NCBI GenBank assembly: GCA_964057225.1
Contig: OZ059898.1
Location: 1 to 64,000 of the forward strand
DNA from: Auanema rhodensis
Taxonomy: Eukaryota > Animalia > Nematoda
Direction: 5' to 3'
DNA length: 64,000 bases
The notes below the pieces were generated by a model. It was not told the DNA's origin. It searched no databases and worked only from the letters and a program-made list of their open reading frames with translations. A program made the translations under genes and the position numbers. Of this stretch, positions 41,301 through 56,300 are shown piece after piece. The number at the start of each line of letters is the position of its first letter. Within the stretch, counting starts at the first letter, position 1.

Positions 41301-44300
41301 TTACCATGAAGCAATATCAATAAAAATTTGTTTTTAGACTAATATGGACAGGGGGAATCTAATTTTGAAAACCGCATCTCTTTATCTTTCACGTGAAGCG
41401 AGTTACATACCAAGTGCACATCACGTGTACATTTAATTAGCATAAATTAAAGTTCACGTAAATTTCAAAGTCATGGTTACCATGAAGCAATATCAATAAA
41501 AATTTGTTTTTAGACTAATATGGACATGGGGAATCTAATTTTGAAAACCGCATCTCTTTATCTTTCACGTGAAGCGAGTTACATACCAAGTGCACATCAC
41601 GTGTACATTTAATTAGCATAAATTAAAGTTCACGTAAATTTCAAAGTCATGGTTACCATGAACCAATATCAATAAAAATTTGTTTTTAGACTAATATGGA
41701 CATGGAAAAATCTAATTTTGAAAACCGCATCTCTTTATCTTTCACGTGAAGCGAGTTACATACCAAGTGCACATCACGTGTACATTTAATTAGCATAAAT
41801 TAAAGTTCACGTAAATTTCAAAGTCATGGTTACCATGCACCAATATCAATAAAAATTTGTTTTTAGACTAATATGGACATGGGGAATCTAATTTTGAAAA
41901 CCGCATCTCTTTATCTTTCACGTGAAGCGAGTTACATACCAAGTGCACATCACGTGTACATTTAATTAGCATAAATTAAAGTTCACGTAAATTTCAAAGT
42001 CATGGTTACCATGAACCAATATCAATAAAAATTTGTTTTTAGACTAATATGGACATGGGGAATCTAATTTTGAAAACCGCATCTCTTCTTCTTTCACGTG
42101 AAGCGAGTTACATACCAAGTGCACATCACGTGTACATTTAATTAGCATAAATTAAAGTTCACGTAAATTTCAAAGTCATGGTTACCATGAACCAATATCA
42201 ATAAAAATTTGTTTTTAGACTAATATGGACATGGGGAATCTAATTTTGAAAACCGCATCTCTTTATCTTTCACGTGAAGCGAGTTACATACCAAGTGCAC
42301 ATCACGTGTACATTTAATTAGCATAAATTAAAGTTCACGTAAATTTCAAAGTCATGGTTACCATGAACCAATATCAATAAAAATTTGTTTTTAGACTAAT
42401 ATGGACATGGAAAAATCTAATTTTGAAAACCGCATCTCTTTATCTTTCACGTGAAGCGAGTTACATACCAAGTGCACATCACGTGTACATTTAATTAGCA
42501 TAAATTAAAGTTCACGTAAATTTCAAAGTCATGGTTACCATGCACCAATATCAATAAAAATTTGTTTTTAGACTAATATGGACATGGGGAATCTAATTTT
42601 GAAAACCGCATCTCTTTATCTTTCACGTGAAGCGAGTTACATACCAAGTGCACATCACGTGTACATTTAATTAGCATAAATTAAAGTTCACGTAAATTTC
42701 AAAGTCATGGTTACCATGCACCAATATCAATAAAAATTTGTTTTTAAACTAATATGGACATGGGGAATCTAATTTTGAAAACCGCATCTCTTTATCTTTC
42801 ACGTGAAGCGAGTTACATACCAAGTGCACATCACGTGTACATTTAATTAGCATAAATTAAAGTTCACGTAAATTTCAAAGTCATGGTTACCATGAACCAA
42901 TATCAATAAAAATTTGTTTTTAGACTAATATGGACATGGGGAATCTAATTTTGAAAACCGCATCTCTTCTTCTTTCACGTGAAGCGAGTTACATACCAAG
43001 TGCACATCACGTGTACATTTAATTAGCATAAATTAAAGTTCACGTAAATTTCAAAGTCATGGTTACCATGCACCAATATCAATAAAAATTTGTTTTTAGA
43101 CTAATATGGACATGGGGAATCTAATTTTGAAAACCGCATCTCTTTATCTTTCACGTGAAGCGAGTTACATACCAAGTGCACATCACGTGTACATTTAATT
43201 AGCATAAATTAAAGTTCACGTAAATTTCAAAGTCATGGTTACCATGAAGCAATATCAATAAAAATTTGTTTTTGGACTAATATGGACATGGGGAATCTAA
43301 TTTTGAAAACCGCATCTCTTTATCTTTCACGTGAAGCGAGTTACATACCAAGTGCACATCACGTGTACATTTAATTAGCATAAATTAAAGTTCACGTAAA
43401 TTTCAAAGTCATGGTTACCATGAACCAATATCAATAAAAATTTGTTTTTAGACTAATATGGACATGGGGAATCTAATTTTGAAAACCGCATCTCTTTATC
43501 TTTCACGTGAAGCGAGTTACATACCAAGTGCACATCACGTGTACATTTAATTAGCATAAATTAAAGTTCACGTAAATTTCAAAGTCATGGTTACCATGAA
43601 CCAATATCAATAAAAATTTGTTTTTAGACTAATATGGACATGGAAAAATCTAATTTTGAAAACCGCATCTCTTTATCTTTCACGTGAAGCGAGTTACATA
43701 CCAAGTGCACATCACGTGTACATTTAATTAGCATAAATTAAAGTTCACGTAAATTTCAAAGTCATGGTTACCATGCACCAATATCAATAAAAATTTGTTT
43801 TTAGACTAATATGGACATGGGGAATCTAATTTTGAAAACCGCATCTCTTTATCTTTCACGTGAAGCGAGTTACATACCAAGTGCACATCACGTGTACATT
43901 TAATTAGCATAAATTAAAGTTCACGTAAATTTCAAAGTCATGGTTACCATGAACCAATATCAATAAAAATTTGTTTTTAGACTAATATGGACATGGGGAA
44001 TCTAATTTTGAAAACCGCATCTCTTCTTCTTTCACGTGAAGCGAGTTACATACCAAGTGCACATCACGTGTACATTTAATTAGCATAAATTAAAGTTCAC
44101 GTAAATTTCAAAGTCATGGTTACCATGAACCAATATCAATAAAAATTTGTTTTTAGACTAATATGGACATGGGGAATCTAATTTTGAAAACCGCATCTCT
44201 TTATCTTTCACGTGAAGCGAGTTACATACCAAGTGCACATCACGTGTACATTTAATTAGCATAAATTAAAGTTCACGTAAATTTCAAAGTCATGGTTACC

Positions 44301-47300
44301 ATGAACCAATATCAATAAAAATTTGTTTTTAGACTAATATGGACATGGAAAAATCTAATTTTGAAAACCGCATCTCTTTATCTTTCACGTGAAGCGAGTT
44401 ACATACCAAGTGCACATCACGTGTACATTTAATTAGCATAAATTAAAGTTCACGTAAATTTCAAAGTCATGGTTACCATGCACCAATATCAATAAAAATT
44501 TGTTTTTAGACTAATATGGACATGGGGAATCTAATTTTGAAAACCGCATCTCTTTATCTTTCACGTGAAGCGAGTTACATACCAAGTGCACATCACGTGT
44601 ACATTTAATTAGCATAAATTAAAGTTCACGTAAATTTCAAAGTCATGGTTACCATGAACCAATATCAATTAAAATTTGTTTTTAGACTAATATGGACATG
44701 GGGAATCTAATTTTGAAAACCGCATCTCTTCTTCTTTCACGTGAAGCGAGTTACATACCAAGTGCACATCACGTGTACATTTAATTAGCATAAATTAAAG
44801 TTCACGTAAATTTCAAAGTCATGGTTACCATGAACCAATATCAATAAAAATTTGTTTTTAGACTAATATGGACATGGGGAATCTAATTTTGAAAACCGCA
44901 TCTCTTTATCTTTCACGTGAAGCGAGTTACATACCAAGTGCACATCACGTGTACATTTAATTAGCATAAATTAAAGTTCACGTAAATTTCAAAGTCATGG
45001 TTACCATGCACCAATATCAATAAAAATTTGTTTTTAAACTAATATGGACATGGGGAATCTAATTTTGAAAACCGCATCTCTTTATCTTTCACGTGAAGCG
45101 AGTTACATACCAAGTGCACATCACGTGTACATTTAATTAGCATAAATTAAAGTTCACGTAAATTTCAAAGTCATGGTTACCATGAACCAATATCAATAAA
45201 AATTTGTTTTTAGACTAATATGGACATGGGGAATCTAATTTTGAAAACCGCATCTCTTCTTCTTTCACGTGAAGCGAGTTACATACCAAGTGCACATCAC
45301 GTGTACATTTAATTAGCATAAATTAAAGTTCACGTAAATTTCAAAGTCATGGTTACCATGCACCAATATCAATAAAAATTTGTTTTTAGACTAATATGGA
45401 CATGGGGAATCTAATTTTGAAAACCGCATCTCTTTATCTTTCACGTGAAGCGAGTTACATACCAAGTGCACATCACGTGTACATTTAATTAGCATAAATT
45501 AAAGTTCACGTAAATTTCAAAGTCATGGTTACCATGAACCAATATCAATAAAAATTTGTTTTTAGACTAATATGGACATGGGGAATCTAATTTTGAAAAC
45601 CGCATCTCTTCTTCTTTCACGTGAAGCGAGTTACATACCAAGTGCACATCACGTGTACATTTAATTAGCATAAATTAAAGTTCACGTAAATTTCAAAGTC
45701 ATGGTTACCATGCACCAATATCAATAAAAATTTGTTTTTAGACTAATATGGACATGGGGAATCTAATTTTGAAAACCGCATCTCTTTATCTTTCACGTGA
45801 AGCGAGTTACATACCAAGTGCACATCACGTGTACATTTAATTAGCATAAATTAAAGTTCACGTAAATTTCAAAGTCATGGTTACCATGAAGCAATATCAA
45901 TAAAAATTTGTTTTTGGACTAATATGGACATGGGGAATCTAATTTTGAAAACCGCATCTCTTTATCTTTCACGTGAAGCGAGTTACATACCAAGTGCACA
46001 TCACGTGTACATTTAATTAGCATAAATTAAAGTTCACGTAAATTTCAAAGTCATGGTTACCATGAACCAATATCAATAAAAATTTGTTTTTAGACTAATA
46101 TGGACATGGGGAATCTAATTTTGAAAACCGCATCTCTTTATCTTTCACGTGAAGCGAGTTACATACCAAGTGCACATCACGTGTACATTTAATTAGCATA
46201 AATTAAAGTTCACGTAAATTTCAAAGTCATGGTTACCATGCACCAATATCAATAAAAATTTGTTTTTAGACTAATATGGACATGGGGAATCTAATTTTGA
46301 AAACCGCATCTCTTTATCTTTCACGTGAAGCGAGTTACATACCAAGTGCACATCACGTGTACATTTAATTAGCATAAATTAAAGTTCACGTAAATTTCAA
46401 AGTCATGGTTACCATGCACCAATATCAATAAAAATTTGTTTTTAGACTAATATGGACATGGGGAATCTAATTTTGAAAACCGCATCTCTTTATCTTTCAC
46501 GTGAAGCGAGTTACATACCAAGTGCACATCACGTGTACATTTAATTAGCATAAATTAAAGTTCACGTAAATTTCAAAGTCATGGTTACCATGAACCAATA
46601 TCAATAAAAATTTGTTTTTAGACTAATATGGACATGGAAAAATCTAATTTTGAAAACCGCATCTCTTTATCTTTCACGTGAAGCGAGTTACATACCAAGT
46701 GCACATCACGTGTACATTTAATTAGCATAAATTAAAGTTCACGTAAATTTCAAAGTCATGGTTACCATGCACCAATATCAATAAAAATTTGTTTTTAGAC
46801 TAATATGGACATGGGGAATCTAATTTTGAAAACCGCATCTCTTTATCTTTCACGTGAAGCGAGTTACATACCAAGTGCACATCACGTGTACATTTAATTA
46901 GCATAAATTAAAGTTCACGTAAATTTCAAAGTCATGGTTACCATGAACCAATATCAATAAAAATTTGTTTTTAGACTAATATGGACATGTGGAATCTAAT
47001 TTTGAAAACCGCATCTCTTCTTCTTTCACGTGAAGCGAGTTACATACCAAGTGCACATCACGTGTACATTTAATTAGCATAAATTAAAGTTCACGTAAAT
47101 TTCAAAGTCATGGTTACCATAAACCAATATCAATAAAAATTTGTTTTTAGACTAATATGGACATGGGGAATCTAATTTTGAAAACCGCATCTCTTTATCT
47201 TTCACGTGAAGCGAGTTACATACCAAGTGCACATCACGTGTACATTTAATTAGCATAAATTAAAGTTCACGTAAATTTCAAAGTCATGGTTACCATGAAC

Positions 47301-47513
47301 CAATATCAATAAAAATTTGTTTTTAGACTAATATGGACATGGAAAAATCTAATTTTGAAAACCGCATCTCTTTATCTTTCACGTGAAGCGAGTTACATAC
47401 CAAGTGCACATCACGTGTACATTTAATTAGCATAAATTAAAGTTCACGTAAATTTCAAAGTCATGGTTACCATGCACCAATATCAATAAAAATTTGTTTT
47501 TAGACTAATATGG
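32385..47513. repeat. Sub-domain containing all length-variant monomers (172-bp and 177-bp types)
   Basis: AAAG deletions (AAATT^TTCACG) after 32485, 37940, 39696 and 40924. CATGGAAAAATCT (+1 bp) monomers start at 33261, 34670, 36607, 41700, 42405, 43638, 44343, 46632 and 47337. Confidence 0.92.
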
Positions 47514-50329
47514 ACATGGGGAATCTAATTTTGAAAACCGCATCTCTTTATCTTTCACGTGAAGCGAGTTACATACCAAGTGCACATCACGTGTACATTT
47601 AATTAGCATAAATTAAAGTTCACGTAAATTTCAAAGTCATGGTTACCATGAACCAATATCAATTAAAATTTGTTTTTAGACTAATATGGACATGGGGAAT
47701 CTAATTTTGAAAACCGCATCTCTTCTTCTTTCACGTGAAGCGAGTTACATACCAAGTGCACATCACGTGTACATTTAATTAGCATAAATTAAAGTTCACG
47801 TAAATTTCAAAGTCATGGTTACCATGAACCAATATCAATAAAAATTTGTTTTTAGACTAATATGGACATGGGGAATCTAATTTTGAAAACCGCATCTCTT
47901 TATCTTTCACGTGAAGCGAGTTACATACCAAGTGCACATCACGTGTACATTTAATTAGCATAAATTAAAGTTCACGTAAATTTCAAAGTCATGGTTACCA
48001 TGCACCAATATCAATAAAAATTTGTTTTTAAACTAATATGGACATGGGGAATCTAATTTTGAAAACCGCATCTCTTTATCTTTCACGTGAAGCGAGTTAC
48101 ATACCAAGTGCACATCACGTGTACATTTAATTAGCATAAATTAAAGTTCACGTAAATTTGAAAGTCATGGTTACCATGAACCAATATCAATAAAAATTTG
48201 TTTTTAGACTAATATGGACATGGGGAATCTAATTTTGAAAACCGCATCTCTTCTTCTTTCACGTGAAGCGAGTTACATACCAAGTGCACATCACGTGTAC
48301 ATTTAATTAGCATAAATTAAAGTTCACGTAAATTTCAAAGTCATGGTTACCATGAACCAATATCAATAAAAATTTGTTTTTAGACTAATATGGACATGGG
48401 GAATCTAATTTTGAAAACCGCATCTCTTTATCTTTCACGTGAAGCGAGTTACATACCAAGTGCACATCACGTGTACATTTAATTAGCATAAATTAAAGTT
48501 CACGTAAATTTCAAAGTCATGGTTACCATGCACCAATATCAATAAAAATTTGTTTTTAGACTAATATGGACATGGGGAATCTAATTTTGAAAACCGCATC
48601 TCTTTATCTTTCACGTGAAGCGAGTTACATACCAAGTGCACATCACGTGTACATTTAATTAGCATAAATTAAAGTTCACGTAAATTTCAAAGTCATGGTT
48701 ACCATGCACCAATATCAATAAAAATTTGTTTTTAGACTAATATGGACATGGGGAATCTAATTTTGAAAACCGCATCTCTTTATCTTTCACGTGAAGCGAG
48801 TTACATACCAAGTGCACATCACGTGTACATTTAATTAGCATAAATTAAAGTTCACGTAAATTTCAAAGTCATGGTTACCATGAAGCAATATCAATAAAAA
48901 TTTGTTTTTAGACTAATATGGACATGGGGAATCTAATTTTGAAAACCGCATCTCTTTATCTTTCACGTGAAGCGAGTTACATACCAAGTGCACATCACGT
49001 GTACATTTAATTAGCATAAATTAAAGTTCACGTAAATTTCAAAGTCATGGTTACCATGAACCAATATCAATAAAAATTTGTTTTGAGACTAATATGGACA
49101 TGGGGAATCTAATTTTGAAAACCGCAACTCTTTATCTTTCACGTGAAGCGAGTTACATACCAAGTGCACATCACGTGTACATTTAATTAGCATAAATTAA
49201 AGTTCACGTAAATTTCAAAGTCATGGTTACCATGAAGCAATATCAATAAAAATTTGTTTTTAGACTAATATGGACATGGGGAATCTAATTTTGAAAACCG
49301 CATCTCTTTATCTTTCACGTGAAATGAGTTACATACCAAGTGCACATCACGTGTACATTTAATTAGCATAAATTAAAGTTCACGTAAATTTCAAAGTCAT
49401 GGTTACCATGAAGCAATATCAATAAAAATTTGTTTTTAGACTAATATGGACAGGGGGAATCTAATTTTGAAAACCGCATCTCTTTATCTTTCACGTGAAG
49501 CGAGTTACATACCAAGTGCACATCACGTGTACATTTAATTAGCATAAATTAAAGTTCACGTAAATTTCAAAGTCATGGTTACCATGCACCAATATCAATA
49601 AAAATTTGTTTTTAGACTAATATGGACATGGGGAATCTAATTTTGAAAACCGCATCTCTTTATCTTTCACGTGAAGCGAGTTACATACCAAGTGCACATC
49701 ACGTGTACATTTAATTAGCATAAATTAAAGTTCACGTAAATTTCAAAGTCATGGTTACCATGAACCAATATCAATTAAAATTTGTTTTTAGACTAATATG
49801 GACATGGGGAATCTAATTTTGAAAACCGCATCTCTTCTTCTTTCACGTGAAGCGAGTTACATACCAAGTGCACATCACGTGTACATTTAATTAGCATAAA
49901 TTAAAGTTCACGTAAATTTCAAAGTCATGGTTACCATGAACCAATATCAATAAAAATTTGTTTTTAGACTAATATGGACATGGGGAATCTAATTTTGAAA
50001 ACCGCATCTCTTTATCTTTCACGTGAAGCGAGTTACATACCAAGTGCACATCACGTGTACATTTAATTAGCATAAATTAAAGTTCACGTAAATTTCAAAG
50101 TCATGGTTACCATGCACCAATATCAATAAAAATTTGTTTTTAAACTAATATGGACATGGGGAATCTAATTTTGAAAACCGCATCTCTTTATCTTTCACGT
50201 GAAGCGAGTTACATACCAAGTGCACATCACGTGTACATTTAATTAGCATAAATTAAAGTTCACGTAAATTTCAAAGTCATGGTTACCATGAAGCAATATC
50301 AATAAAAATTTGTTTTTAGACTAATATGG

Positions 50330-53300
50330 ACATGGGGAATCTAATTTTGAAAACCGCATCTCTTTATCTTTCACGTGAAGCGAGTTACATACCAAGTGCA
50401 CATCACGTGTACATTTAATTAGCATAAATTAAAGTTCACGTAAATTTCAAAGTCATGGTTACCATGAACCAATATCAATAAAAATTTGTTTTGAGACTAA
50501 TATGGACATGGGGAATCTAATTTTGAAAACCGCATCTCTTTATCTTTCACGTGAAGCGAGTTACATACCAAGTGCACATCACGTGTACATTTAATTAGCA
50601 TAAATTAAAGTTCACGTAAATTTCAAAGTCATGGTTACCATGCACCAATATCAATAAAAATTTGTTTTTAGACTAATATGGACATGGGGAATCTAATTTT
50701 GAAAACCGCATCTCTTTATCTTTCACGTGAAGCGAGTTACATACCAAGTGCACATCACGTGTACATTTAATTAGCATAAATTAAAGTTCACGTAAATTTC
50801 AAAGTCATGGTTACCATGAAGCAATATCAATAAAAATTTGTTTTTAGACTAATATGGACATGGGGAATCTAATTTTGAAAACCGCATCTCTTTATCTTTC
50901 ACGTGAAATGAGTTACATACCAAGTGCACATCACGTGTACATTTAATTAGCATAAATTAAAGTTCACGTAAATTTCAAAGTCATGGTTACCATGAAGCAA
51001 TATCAATAAAAATTTGTTTTTAGACTAATATGGACAGGGGGAATCTAATTTTGAAAACCGCATCTCTTTATCTTTCACGTGAAGCGAGTTACATACCAAG
51101 TGCACATCACGTGTACATTTAATTAGCATAAATTAAAGTTCACGTAAATTTCAAAGTCATGGTTACCATGAACCAATATCAATAAAAATTTGTTTTGAGA
51201 CTAATATGGACACGGGGAATCTAATTTTGAAAACCGCATCTCTTTATCTTTCACGTGAAGCGAGTTACATACCAAGTGCACATCACGTGTACATTTAATT
51301 AACATAAATTAAAGTTCACGTAAATTTCAAAGTCATGGTTACCATGAACCAATATCAATAAAAATTTGTTTTGAGACTAATATGGACATGGGGAATCTAA
51401 TTTTGAAAACCGCATCTCTTTATCTTTCACGTGAAGCGAGGTACATACCAAGTGCACATCACGTGTACATTTAATTAGCATAAATTAAAGTTCACGTAAA
51501 TTTCAAAGTCATGGTTACCATGCACCAATATCAATAAAAATTTGTTTTTAGACTAATATGGACATGGGGAATCTAATTTTGAAAACCGCATCTCTTTATC
51601 TTTCACGTGAAGCGAGTTACATACCAAGTGCACATCACGTGTACATTTAATTAGCATAAATTAAAGTTCACGTAAATTTCAAAGTCATGGTTACCATGAA
51701 GCAATATCAATAAAAATTTGTTTTTAGACTAATATGGACATGGGGAATCTAATTTTGAAAACCGCATCTCTTTATCTTTCACGTGAAGCGAGTTACATAC
51801 CAAGTGCACATCACGTGTACATTTAATTAGCATAAATTAAAGTTCACGTAAATTTCAAAGTCATGGTTACCATGAAGCAATATCAATAAAAATTTGTTTT
51901 TAGACTAATATGGACAGGGGGAATCTAATTTTGAAAACCGCATCTCTTTATCTTTCACGTGAAGCGAGTTACATACCAAGTGCACATCACGTGTACATTT
52001 AATTAGCATAAATTAAAGTTCACGTAAATTTCAAAGTCATGGTTACCATGAAGCAATATCAATAAAAATTTGTTTTTAGACTAATATGGACATGGGAAAT
52101 CTAATTTTGAAAACCGCATCTCTTTATCTTTCACATGAAGCGAGTTACATACCAAGTGCACATCACGTGTACATTTAATTAGCATAAATTAAAGTTCACG
52201 TAAATTTCAAAGTCATGGTTACCATGAACCAATATCAATAAAAATTTGTTTTGAGACTAATATGGACATGGGGAATCTAATTTTGAAAACCGCATCTCTT
52301 TATCTTTCACGTGAAGCGAGTTACATACCAAGTGCACATCACGTGTACATTTAATTAGCATAAATTAAAGTTCCCGTAAATTTCAAAGTCATGGTTACCA
52401 TGAAGCAATATCAATAAAAATTTGTTTTTAGACTAATATGGACATGGGGAATCTAATTTTGAAAACCGCATCTCTTTATCTTTCACGTGAAGCGAGTTAC
52501 ATACCAAGTGCACATCACGTGTACATTTAATTAGCATAAATTAAAGTTCACGTAAATTTCAAAGTCATGGTTACCATGAACCAATATCAATAAAAATTTG
52601 TTTTTAGACTAATATGGACATGGGGAATCTAATTTTGAAAACCGCATCTCTTTATCTTTCACGTGAAGCGAGTTACATACCAAGTGCACATCACGTGTAC
52701 ATTTAATTAGCATAAATTAAAGTTCACGTAAATTTCAAAGTCATGGTTACCATGAAGCAATATCAATAAAAATTTGTTTTTAGACTAATATGGACATGGG
52801 GAATCTAATTTTGAAAACCGCATCTCTTTATCTTTCACGTGAAGCGAGTTACATACCAAGTGCACATCACGTGTACATTTAATTAGCATAAATTAAAGTT
52901 CACGTAAATTTCAAAGTCATGGTTACCATGAAGCAATATCAATAAAAATTTGTTTTTAGACTAATATGGACATGGGGAATCTAATTTTGAAAACCGCATC
53001 TCTTTATCTTTCACGTGAAGCGAGTTACATACCAAGTGCACATCACGTGTACATTTAATTAGCATAAATTAAAGTTCACGTAAATTTCAAAGTCATGGTT
53101 ACCATGAACCAATATCAATAAAAATTTGTTTTGAGACTAATATGGACATGGGGAATCTAATTTTGAAAACCGCATCTCTTTATCTTTCACGTGAAGCGAG
53201 TTACATACCAAGTGCACATCACGTGTACATTTAATTAGCATAAATTAAAGTTCACGTAAATTTCAAAGTCATGGTTACCATGAACCAATATCAATAAAAA

Positions 53301-56300
53301 TTTGTTTTGAGACTAATATGGACATGGGGAATCTAATTTTGAAAACCGCATCTCTTTATCTTTCACGTGAAGCGAGTTACATACCAAGTGCACATCACGT
53401 GTACATTTAATTAGCATAAATTAAAGTTCACGTAAATTTCAAAGTCATGGTTACCATGCACCAATATCAATAAAAATTTGTTTTTAGACTAATATGGACA
53501 TGGGGAATCTAATTTTGAAAACCGCATCTCTTTATCTTTCACGTGAAGCGAGTTACATACCAAGTGCACATCACGTGTACATTTAATTAGCATAAATTAA
53601 AGTTCACGTAAATTTCAAAGTCATGGTTACCATGAAGCAATATCAATAAAAATTTGTTTTTAGACTAATATGGACATGGGGAATCTAATTTTGAAAACCG
53701 CATCTCTTTATCTTTCACGTGAAGCGAGTTACATACCAAGTGCACATCACGTGTACATTTAATTAGCATAAATTAAAGTTCACGTAAATTTCAAAGTCAT
53801 GGTTACCATGAACCAATATCAATAAAAATTTGTTTTGAGACTAATATGGACATGGGGAATCTAATTTTGAAAACCGCATCTCTTTATCTTTCACGTGAAG
53901 CGAGTTACATACCAAGTGCACATCACGTGTACATTTAATTAGCATAAATTAAAGTTTACGTAAATTTCAAAGTCATGGTTACCATGAAGCAATATCAATA
54001 AAAATTTGTTTTTAGACTAATATGGACAGGGGGAATCTAATTTTGAAAACCGCATCTCTTTATCTTTCACGTGAAGCGAGTTACATACCAAGTGCACATC
54101 ACGTGTACATTTAATTAGCATAAATTAAAGTTCACGTAAATTTCAAAGTCATGGTTACCATGAAGCAATATCAATAAAAATTTGTTTTTAGACTAATATG
54201 GACATGGGAAATCTAATTTTGAAAACCGCATCTCTTTATCTTTCACGTGAAGCGAGTTACATACCAAGTGCACATCACGTGTACATTTAATTAGCATAAA
54301 TTAAAGTTCACGTAAATTTCAAAGTCATGGTTACCATGAACCAATATCAATAAAAATTTGTTTTGAGACTAATATGGACATGGGGAATCTAATTTTGAAA
54401 ACCGCATCTCTTTATCTTTCACGTGAAGCGAGTTACATACCAAGAGCACATCACGTGTACATTTAATTAGCATAAATTAAAGTTCACGTAAATTTCAAAG
54501 TCATGGTTACCATGCACCAATATCAATAAAAATTTGTTTTTAGACTAATATGGACATGGGGAATCTAATTTTGAAAACCGCATCTCTTTATCTTTCACGT
54601 GAAGCGAGTTACATACCAAGTGCACATCACGTGTACATTTAATTAGCATAAATTAAAGTTCACGTAAATTTCAAAGTCATGGTTACCATGAAGCAATATC
54701 AATAAAAATTTGTTTTTAGACTAATATGGACATGGGGAATCTAATTTTGAAAACCGCATCTCTTTATCTTTCACGTGAAGCGAGTTACATACCAAGTGCA
54801 CATCACGTGTACATTTAATTAGCATAAATTAAAGTTCACGTAAATTTCAAAGTCATGGTTACCATGAACCAATATCAATAAAAATTTGTTTTTAGACTAA
54901 TATGGACATGGGGAATCTAATTTTGAAAACCGCATCTCTTTATCTTTCACGTGAAGCGAGTTACATACCAAGTGCACATCACGTGTACATTTAATTAGCA
55001 TAAATTAAAGTTCACGTAAATTTCAAAGTCATGGTTACCATGAAGCAATATCAATAAAAATTTGTTTTTAGACTAATATGGACATGGGGAATCTAATTTT
55101 GAAAACCGCATCTCTTTATCTTTCACGTGAAGCGAGTTACATACCAAGTGCACATCACGTGTACATTTAATTAGCATAAATTAAAGTTCACGTAAATTTC
55201 AAAGTCATGGTTACCATGAAGCAATATCAATAAAAATTTGTTTTTAGACTAATATGGACATGGGGAATCTAATTTTGAAAACCGCATCTCTTTATCTTTC
55301 ACTTGAAGCGAGTTACATACCAAGTGCACATCACGTGTACATTTAATTAGCATAAATTAAAGTTCACGTAAATTTCAAAGTCATGGTTACCATGAACCAA
55401 TATCAATAAAAATTTGTTTTGAGACTAATATGGACATGGAGAATCTAATTTTGAAAACCGCATCTCTTTATCTTTCACGTGAAGCGAGTTACATACCAAG
55501 TGCACATCACGTGTACATTTAATTAGCATAAATTAAAGTTCACGTAAATTTCAAAGTCATGGTTACCATGAACCAATATCAATAAAAATTTGTTTTGAGA
55601 CTAATATGGACATGGGGAATCTAATTTTGAAAACCGCATCTCTTTATCTTTCACGTGAAGCGAGTTACATACCAAGTGCACATCACGTGTACATTTAATT
55701 AGCATAAATTAAAGTTCACGTAAATTTCAAAGTCATGGTTACCATGCACCAATATCAATAAAAATTTGTTTTTAGACTAATATGGACATGGGGAATCTAA
55801 TTTTGAAAACCGCATCTCTTTATCTTTCACGTGAAGCGAGTTACATACCAAGTGCACATCACGTGTACATTTAATTAGCATAAATTAAAGTTCACGTAAA
55901 TTTCAAAGTCATGGTTACCATGAAGCAATATCAATAAAAATTTGTTTTTAGACTAATATGGACATGGGGAATCTAATTTTGAAAACCGCATCTCTTTATC
56001 TTTCACGTGAAGCGAGTTACATACCAAGTGCACATCACGTGTACATTTAATTAGCATAAATTAAAGTTCACGTAAATTTCAAAGTCATGGTTACCATGAA
56101 GCAATATCAATAAAAATTTGTTTTTAGACTAATATGGACAGGGGGAATCTAATTTTGAAAACCTCATCTCTTTATCTTTCACGTGAAGCGAGTTACATAC
56201 CAAGTGCACATCACGTGTACATTTAATTAGCATAAATTAAAGTTCACGTAAATTTCAAAGTCATGGTTACCATGAAGCAATATCAATAAAAATTTGTTAT

